Shown: one piece after another, positions 35,718 through 43,992 of the stretch | How positions within the stretch are numbered: the stretch's first letter is position 1 | How the letters are laid out: every line of letters begins with the position of its first letter | DNA from: Perkinsus olseni | Lineage: Eukaryota | Length of the DNA: 43,992 bases | Assembly (NCBI GenBank): GCA_013115125.1 | Contig: JABANN010000278.1 | Location: 1-43,992, forward strand | Direction of reading: 5' to 3' | Program-made: the position numbers and the translations under genes | The notes under the pieces: generated by a model | Told to the model about the DNA's origin: nothing | Seen by the model: only the letters and a program-made list of their open reading frames with translations | The model's database searches: none

Positions 35718-38437
35718 ATGACGGTCTGCCGGCGCCATTCCAGGGCACTCGCACTAGCAGCCATCACTTTGACAATCTCTTCAAGGGCTTGGGAGAATGA
35801 GGTCCCACCAGACGAGTTCATCGTGTCCCCGGTCCAATACGGTCATGGCCGTCGCCTTGGTACTAGCGCAGACACCTGTGAAGCCAGTCTTGATGGTCAG
35901 CCTTGGGAGCCCCTCCGTTTGGGTGTCCATTACATTGATCTTGAGACTGATCTCCCCGACCAGACTATGCGCGACTTCGTTCGAACAGACGCAGTGCCTA
36001 GAGCTGTCTCCTACTGGCAGAAGACGTTGAAGGTTCGTCGAGCCCAGGCACCTATCAGGGCTGGTAGATCCTGCCGTAGCCAGTGGCTTCCCGGCAAATG
36101 TGCTCGTGTGCGCTATGACGGCGGCGGGGCTTCCTGCGGGTCCATCGACGGTACCCCTATCATGATACCCGACGAGTACCTCGATGAGCTCATCACCTAC
36201 GGAGGTTGTTATACTGACGGTACCTGCATTTATCCGACGGTCTATCCAGCGGGCACTGGCTACAGCGATGTCGATATGGTCATACTCGTGACGGCCAAGC
36301 CTGATTCTGATTGCGGTTCCAATGGTGTTGGTACCTTCGCCTTCGCTCTGAGCTGTCAGAGAGATCAGTGTGACAGGCCCACTTTTGGCCTCATCAATGT
36401 ATGCCCGCAAATGATTGACGTGACTTCCCAGTTTGCCAAGGATGAGCTTGTCGGGACTATGATCCACGAGTTGACTCATGCTCTGGTATTCTCTACTAGC
36501 AAGTATCCACTCTTCCGATATGCTGACGGATCTCCCCGTGTGCCGAGAGACCCGGCGGACTCTCAGCTCCGTCCTTATAGCACCAGGTAGGGTGATCCAG
36601 CGAGAAGAGGATCTCAATGCAGTTGCTCAGGTACCAGTGTTCGACTTCTGGTGGCCTCTCTGTTACCTATCCTAAGTCGAGCGGGAACTACATGTACACT
36701 GACGCTCCTGGTGTAGTCGAAGTCTCGTCTGCTCGTGGTATGAATAAAGAGGACTGCAAGTGCCCTACTGGCCGTATGAGCTCGACCAGCAGCGATGATA
36801 TGCAGAAATGCCTGCTCAAACCAAAGGGCAGCTGCGTCTACAAGGTCGTCACGCCCAAGGTGGGCTTGACAGCTGGATGAAAGTCGGACTAGTAGTCGTC
36901 TCAGGTTGTTGAGAAGGCGAGGGACTATTTTGGATGCTCAACACTGGACGGTATGGAGCTTGAGAACCACGGTTCTGGTCAGGGCTGTACGGTGCTCGAA
37001 TCTCACTGGGAACAGAGGATTCTCGAGGGCGAGCTGATGGTGGGTGGAGTGGTAGCTTTCAATCAGGCTGTGAGGAGTCGAAGTTTAGGTACCAGTAACG
37101 GGCTTCTCCTACAACTTTATGTCCGAGATCACATTGGCGTTGTTTGAGGACAGCGGTTGGTATCTTCCTGACTACTCCATGGCGACGAAGATGTACAAGG
37201 GAATGTTCTTTGGGTAGGCTCTGTGGCGGAGCGACGCCAAGTGACGCTTTCCTGAGCAGGTACAAGCAAGGATGCTCGTTTGCGGAGGACAAGTGTATCA
37301 ACGATGCCGGGGCCGTGACGTTCGAGAATGGGCGAGAGAAGACGAGCCACTTTTGTAGTGCAGAAGATGATGACGAGCATCGGTAAGGGGCTCTGAACAC
37401 GGCGAGATGAGCAAACTGATGATCTGTGCAGATGCTCGCTTGACCTCAAGACTAAGGTTCAATGCACCATCAAGCACGAGAAGGCACCCTGCCCTCAATA
37501 CCAGTAAGAAAGAGGTGGATCGCTGTGCTGAGATACTGTCTTGGTATCAGGTATGGCGGTCCTGTTAAACATGGGAAGTCGTTTTATGGGGATTACTGCC
37601 CCATTTGGGAAGGCGCTTCTGCGTGGGACTGCGAACTGGGACGATGTGAGTTGCCCACACCGCGCTTTCCATTGCTGGGCTCACCATTGCTACAACCTCA
37701 TCATCAACTCAGTCGATGATATGTCTCGGCTTAATGGTGAGCTCTTCGCCACGGACAGCATCTGCCTGATGAGTTCATTGAGGAGATCGCAGTACCTTGG
37801 AGGTGGCAAAGTTAAGATTATTCCTAACCCAAAACAGGTGACTGCGGACAGCAAGGGCGTGGTAGCTATTAGCGGCTTGCGGTATCTCAGATTAGTGCTT
37901 GTCACAGAGTTGAGTGCAGCGCCGATAGGAAGAGCTACGCAGTCTTCGTAGCCGTCGGGTATGATGGCAACAGCAACGACGTGCGTCCAGTCGGCACCTG
38001 TAAGTTCAATCTACGATTCAAAGCTTCGCTGTCCCTGAAATTCTTGCGTAGGTTACACAGCTGGTCAAACGCTCAAGGATCCTAACGGCGAGTACTCGAA
38101 AGAAGTCAGTGCTTACAGCTACGAGGAAGGCTATCTCACGTGTGCAGATCCTGCCCTAGTGTGCGCTGTGAAGAAGTGCGTATCCTCGCTGCTCTGGCGA
38201 TTCATGGTTTATGCTCACTCGTTTATCAGTTACCCTCATTTGTCACTGCAGTCGAACAACGAGATCTCGGACGGCTCGGGTACGATAATCTGTTCCGCCG
38301 TTGAGACGCGCTATACCAGCAGAAATATGTCGTGCTACTTCCAACCGGATTATAGTGTTGCTGCCCCTCCGACATCCGCTCGACCTTTGTCTGTAGTGGT
38401 GACTCTCGTCACATATATATTTATGATAATCAGTTGA
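35718..38437 (+). CDS. Leishmanolysin/GP63-like M8 zinc metalloprotease
   Basis: Signal-like N-terminus, FAFALSCQRDQCDRPTFGLIN, HELTHALVFS (HExxH), VTPKV..KARDYFGC..LDGMELEN, SHWEQRIL.GELM, DYCP. Cys-rich C-terminus and a hydrophobic tail consistent with a GPI or TM anchor. Confidence 0.93.
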
Positions 38438-39230
38438 CTTTTCATTATCTGTTGCATGCATTCATTCGTCACGAAATCTCCGTGATTCGCATGCTTCTAC
38501 TGGCTCTAATGAGTTCATCATTCCGTTATCAATTGCGTAAATTATTGCTTATCCCGTACACTACTCACGTAAATTAAGTGCCGGTCTGTGCGCTGATAGT
38601 AGTGGTTGTAGTGATAGTAGAAGTTGTGATGATGGCAATGTTACTGCTTTTCCCTGTCCAAGGCAGAGGGAAAGATGTTGACTAGAACTTCATAGGCTCG
38701 CTTGGCCCATGATAACGCAGGCTACTGCATATGTGATCGGTGGGCGTTTGGTTGCTCGAGTGTCTGAATTAGTCCTAACAGTAGCTGTTGGTGCTTATTT
38801 CCTAGTTCCTCAGGTCCGGGGCCGAACCTGGGTGCTGAGGGCTTCGCCCCAGGTATCCGTCCAGGCTTATATGCCTCCACTCTCATTATAGTTATTTTCT
38901 CTATTGCACTTATGTGATTTCTGTAACGTTTTAGTCTCGGGAGATTATACACCCTATCGAGTATCTTTATCAATCGTTAAATTGCAGAATATACATAATC
39001 ACAACTGCATTGCATAAATTGATTACTCACAATATCAACTCTTTAACGTCTTGGATCCGCCCACACCTACTCTTCGTTGCGGAGCTTTGTTGCATTGATT
39101 GTGGTATAATGTTTAACTCGCGAATTCCCTCCTGCATGATGTTTATCTATTGAGAATGATTATCACGTTAGCTTTGTGTCTGTAGTCTCCAATGGAGGTC
39201 GTTTCTGCACAGTTCATCTTTCTGCTGTGA

Positions 39231-41870
39231 ATGACTAAACCGGAGATCGATCCCTCGGTTGCGGAGGTGATCGAGGAAGCGCTGCGAGAGGTGGCCATCC
39301 GACGGCCCGCGGATCCTGTTGCCTTCATGGCCGATAGACTTGCAGCTGAGAGCAAGTGCGAGAAAACTGATGATAGCCCGGGTTTGCACGCTGGACAATT
39401 CGTCAGGTTGAATGTTGATGACTATGCAGCTGCACACAGCGAGAGAATCCGAGCTTTGAGGTGGGGTGATAGACTGCTGTGATATAGATCCGCCCTGTGC
39501 ACTGTGTTGAGAGAACGTGAACCATGAGAAGGCTTGAAGACACACAGACCGCTTTTGTCTTATTCTGGCCTCTCTTCGTCTCCGCGGTGATTTCTGGCGG
39601 GGTCGACATGTTAATACTGGATGATAGATACGACGTCGACTGGTACTGCCCGCCGGGGGTCGACCCCTTCACTTGGGCTCCAGTTGCTTACTGTGATGTT
39701 AACTCGACCAGGCATGACATGCTGCGGGCATAGGGAACTGGATTGCCTTCAATCATTAGGAACCTCCGTGGGCGCGCTGAGAGCTTTTGGAAGGTGGTGC
39801 TAGAGGACCCTCAACACACGATAGACCGGACAGGATTGAGAGAGGTCGGTTGATGAAGCGATTCACTGAGCGACTTCAGTGAGTCGCCCCCATCCCCTCA
39901 CTGCGCCTCACTGGACAACACCGTTCCGTAAATTCTGTTAGATTGAACGCCAAAAACGATCCCCGTTGAACTACTGCCTGGTTCAGGTCTATCCTGAGCT
40001 CTATTACTTTCGAATCATCAATGATGAGGTCGAGGAATCAGCAGTGTTCGATAGACTGTGTGCCGCTATTGAGGTTATGATAGATATCCTCACGGCCGAT
40101 ACAACCATCGTTCGGTATTACAAACCATTCGATGGTGTTGGGGACTACAGGAGGACAGTCGGCAAGGTGGGGGCGTGCTATGTATTGTATGTGGTCGGGA
40201 TCATCACGTTCTGGCATAACTGGGGGGCCAGTATGAGGCTCTCTCAGGAATACTCTCGCCGGTCGGTGACACATTTCCTCGGTGCCATGATACCGGGGTT
40301 GGTGGCCCGTGCTGGTGAAGCGAAGGGCTTGGATAAATTGATTCCCAATATTCACAATCCGTTCAGCTCGCGGAACTACTGTAAGGACCCTCGTTCAGCG
40401 CACGATTTTTTGGGCCCGAATCACTCGTCTCCTCCGGAGTTCTTCAGGATTGTTTACCCCCTTCAGGGATACCGCGACCGGACGAAGAGTTGAGGGAACG
40501 AGATGCCGCCAGGGTTGCAGGTGCTATCTCGACCGTTAAGCTCGTGTTCATCGCCACACCCCTAGGCGGAGGCCTCAGCTGCCTCTGCATGTCGTTGTAT
40601 TCATCCTTCAGATCCGTCAGATTGTGCCTCTCTCACCTACCTCAGATAAAACTGACTGGCGTGATTGGGACACAGTCGAACGCCGCCTAGACCTTCTAGT
40701 AGTGAGGCTCATAATGCTTCGACTACTAGACAACTGCGTAGTGCACGAAAAGTTGGACTCGTACGCTGAGGACTACACCGAGAGATTTGTGAGGGATGGT
40801 ATGGGACCGAGAGAAGGGGCTGGAAAGTAGTTAATTTCTCGTCGATTGCTCCTCCATTGCTTCCACAGGTACTACGCGATGCTTCTTGAGTCCCCGCGCT
40901 TTTTGTCACTGTTTCCGTCCTTCAAGAAATATGAGTCGGACCACAAGCATGTGAGTGGCTACTGGGATATGTCCTCGATTAATGTGCTTGTTATAGTTTC
41001 TCCTATCCTGGCTGCGGACGGGCTTTCCCCTGCGTGACCTTCCTCGGGGCCGATTCATCACAGCTCATTTTGAGATACTGCGGGAGGGTACAGCGGTTGT
41101 GTGAATCAGCCGGTCTAACTCGTGGTGCGCAGAAACCCTGGCTCTGTTCCCTCCATTATCATTGGAGATAGTAGTGCAAGGCTTGGTGGGAGAGAGTATC
41201 TACGACCACTGGGATGAGATCCTCCCAAGATTTGACCCTGACCTTTTCTGCATAGAAGTTCAGATCGCTGCAGAGGTGGGTCCAACCTCGCCCAGTTGTT
41301 AGACCCTCATTGCTATGTCAGGCGATATGCGTCTGCCGGTACTATCCCTACCGAACGGTACAGTCATATCTCGGTCTCCGTTACAAACACATTATAACCC
41401 CAGCTTGCCTGAAGCTCGGTGAAGCCCTTCCATCTCAATGGTGGGAGTCTTACAAGCCTGTGAAACGCATCATCGTAAGGGCTTGTGGTTGAGAGAAGCA
41501 GTTTTGTGTGGCCATTTGCAGGTGAAATTTTGTAGCAAACCGGGCCACTTCATCCCCCTACGCGACGCCCTTCATGGTCGAGTGCTGACTGAGGAGCAAC
41601 TCGTAACCCTGGTTTCGTAGGCACTGGTTATCCCGCAATCTCGTGAACTATGCCTGTGACTGTTCAGTTGCCTCAATAAAGATGGACTGTCCCGGCGCCC
41701 TGTACTCCTGCCAGAGGGAGTCGAAGAGTTTTTCGAGGCTTGTATCGACAACCCCGAAGTTGGACCGTGTTGGGCGCTTGGGGTACCATCGACGACCGCA
41801 GTGGCTACTGCTCGGCTACTCTTAGGCACTTTCGAACATACTTGGCAGGGCTATGAAAGAGTTTGGTAAA
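39231..41870 (+). CDS. Hypothetical multi-exon protein with N-terminal Dpy-30/RIIa-like docking motif
   Basis: First exon VAEVIEEALREVAIRRPADPVAFMADRL matches the L...RP.DP..F.A..L pattern. Many further coding-like exons of unknown family follow. 3' end approximate. Confidence 0.55.
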
Positions 41871-42977
41871 ATTCATGCGAGGGAATGTGTTCTCATCATC
41901 GACCTGCGTGAGCTTTCCAAAAGGATAGAGGAATCTCCTGATGAATACGGTGGGACCAGTAGTACTGTTGTGTACGAGTGAGCCTCCTTCCAATAGGTTA
42001 TGATACTCACCGTTCAAGAGTTTACTTCCATGAGATTGGCCCTGTCGACCGAGGGCCGTTGATGCGGCGGACCGGGAGGTTGATCCCATATCTTGACTCA
42101 TGAGATGACGAGTGTAGCAAATCATGATGGAGTTGTGTTGAAGCCTGGCTGTCAGTAAATCGCCATTGGTCGTCGCAAGCAAGCAAATACTCTTTGAGTA
42201 CTGTCGCGGAGGAATCCGGTTGCATGAATCCTCACCTCACGGAGACATATCCGCTTGGAGAATGCACCAGTTATATTACACTTGTAGGATGAGAAAGATA
42301 GAAATAAGTCATAGAAATGTTCTAACCAACGATGCCGCAAACGCCTCGCTGGAAGCGTTAAAAAGCGAGCTCACTGGGTGATAACTGTATCAGCTTTCTC
42401 ACGATGATACGTTCATGTTATGCTTGACTTCCGACGCTGCGCTGCGAAAAGTACGAACCGTCGACGGAACCATTTAAACTCCAGCTTGAGTGTACATCAC
42501 GAGCGGTCTGTTTTCGATACGACCGCTCTTTACGATTCGAGGATAGCACCTTAGATTTCATGTCACCATAGCCACGAGCCATCGGAGTCTGAAGTCCGAT
42601 GATCGTGCGCTGCTCAACAATCGGTATGCTTGGCAAGCATTGCTTGCGCGTCCGAGGACAATATTTAGTATGGCGTAAGTGAAAAGTCGTCCAACTTCCA
42701 AGCCGCTAATCAATATCGACAATTATCGAAGAGATGTTGAGGCTGCGCGGTATGGAACTCGCGCAGACTAGAAGATATGAGGATCTTCCCGTTTCACGAG
42801 ACGCCAGATATCTTAGACGCATCGCAGAGGTACTGATGAAGAGGAGTATGCGCTTGCAATCTCTGGGGAACTTGATTCCCACGTCGTGAGAGGGTTAGTC
42901 ATCCTTCTTTGCGGGTTAAGATGATATCCTCATTTTGTGTAGCATTCACTTAGTGTTCCACGCTCCTCGATCCATTC

Positions 42978-43992
42978 ATGACTGTCACATTCCTCGTCGG
43001 AGCACTTCCTATTATGGTGACTGGAAGCCTTCGCCGTCTTCAGGTCAGTACTACGACCCCGAGTGCTACGACAACAGTTGCTACCAGCACGGTCGACGCT
43101 GGGACCTTACAGAATACCTGTGATGTCTACTGCCAGGGGCTCAATGGTGGTGCCTCGTACTGTAAGTTTGACCAGAACCCCCCTACTTGCCAAGGGGGCG
43201 ATCAGACATGCGGCACGATTGCCCTCTGTGGCCCTCCAGTAACTGTGACGCCGACTCAGGCCGTGCCGACTGGTGACGGAACCTATGAGCCAGCCTGTGA
43301 TACCATGTGCCAAAGTCTCAATGACGAGGCCTCTTACTGCAAGTGGTGGCTCCCAAAGCCTACTTGTCTCGGTGGTGACCAGCCGTGTGGTGATCAAACT
43401 GTGTGCACCTCCCAGACCTGGCCGCCCGCTCCAACGCCCTCCCTGCCTGCTGGTGCCCATCCTTACGAGTCTGCTCCCTGTAACGCCTACTGCGTTGGTC
43501 TCAACGGGCCAGCGTCCTTCTGTAAGTGGTGGAAGAATGAGCCTGTCTGTCAGGGCGGTGATCAGCCTTGCGGTCCTTCGGACTGTGCCACCGGTACCCC
43601 TGCTCCCACCGAGGGTCCCCCTGACTCTCATGCTGGCCCCAGCCCAAATTGTGATGCCTACTGCACTTCGGTAAACCCTGGCCTGTCCGGTGACCGCGTG
43701 TCGTACTGCAAGTGGTGGCTTTACGTGCCTGTCTGCTATGATGGTGACCAGCCATGCGGCCCGAGTGTTTGCAGTTCTTTCGGGGAAACCACAACGTCGA
43801 CTTCTACTGTCACTTCCACTACCCAGGCTACCACCACTCAGGCGACCACTACTGTGGCTATCACCACTCAAGGGGCTACCACAACGGCTGCTGTAACCAC
43901 CCAGGCAGCGACTACGCCAGTTCCTAGTACGCAGACACCTACTACTCAGGCCGCGACCACTTCTGTTGTCACCACTCAGGCTGCGACCACTG
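42978..43992 (+). CDS. Probable secreted/surface protein with four 6-Cys repeats and a Thr-rich mucin-like region (3'-incomplete)
   Basis: Frame is open from ATG 42978 to the window end, so it is missing from the ORF track. It has a hydrophobic N-terminus, four copies of C-x3-C-x2-[LV]N...S[YF]CK[WF]...P.C..GDQ.C...C, then TTQA repeats. Confidence 0.85.
   Translation, partial: MTVTFLVGALPIMVTGSLRRLQVSTTTPSATTTVATSTVDAGTLQNTCDVYCQGLNGGASYCKFDQNPPTCQGGDQTCGTIALCGPPVTVTPTQAVPTGDGTYEPACDTMCQSLNDEASYCKWWLPKPTCLGGDQPCGDQTVCTSQTWPPAPTPSLPAGAHPYESAPCNAYCVGLNGPASFCKWWKNEPVCQGGDQPCGPSDCATGTPAPTEGPPDSHAGPSPNCDAYCTSVNPGLSGDRVSYCKWWLYVPVCYDGDQPCGPSVCSSFGETTTSTSTVTSTTQATTTQATTTVAITTQGATTTAAVTTQAATTPVPSTQTPTTQAATTSVVTTQAATT

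Noticed and set aside
41805-42900. Scattered ORFs between the Dpy-30-motif gene and the Cys-repeat gene
   Set aside because: They may be exons of an unknown gene, but I could not build a consistent model or find motifs.
1-43992. CRISPR arrays, tRNA, rRNA or spliced-leader RNA genes
   Set aside because: No repeat-spacer array, cloverleaf, rRNA signature or ACCGTAGCCATCTTGGCTCAAG-like leader was seen by eye. A covariance-model scan is needed to exclude small ncRNAs.

Overview
Gene-dense eukaryotic DNA with many short (mostly 40-170 nt) GT-AG introns and short intergenic spacers. Gene content and style (stand-alone CPSII, GP63, Gly/Lys-rich H2A.Z tails) suggest an alveolate, probably Perkinsus; this is an inference. 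From left to right: a truncated tyrosine-recombinase element, an NPPY-type methyltransferase-like gene whose N-terminus (MARTKQTRRK) copies the histone H3 tail, an SLC26/SulP transporter, two diverged H2A.Z paralogues flanking a multi-pass membrane LRR gene, an extended-synaptotagmin-like gene, two low-complexity ORFs carrying RFx[VI] motifs, a VHS-domain gene, a CBS-domain gene, an orphan membrane gene, carbamoyl-phosphate synthetase II, an intronless bacterial-like phosphodiesterase, a kinase-PP2C fusion, a leishmanolysin protease, a Dpy-30/RIIa-motif protein and a Cys-repeat/mucin protein running off the end. The most striking signal is the H3-tail-mimic methyltransferase near two H2A.Z paralogues. 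Exon models were assembled by eye and boundaries are approximate where stated. No database searches were run.
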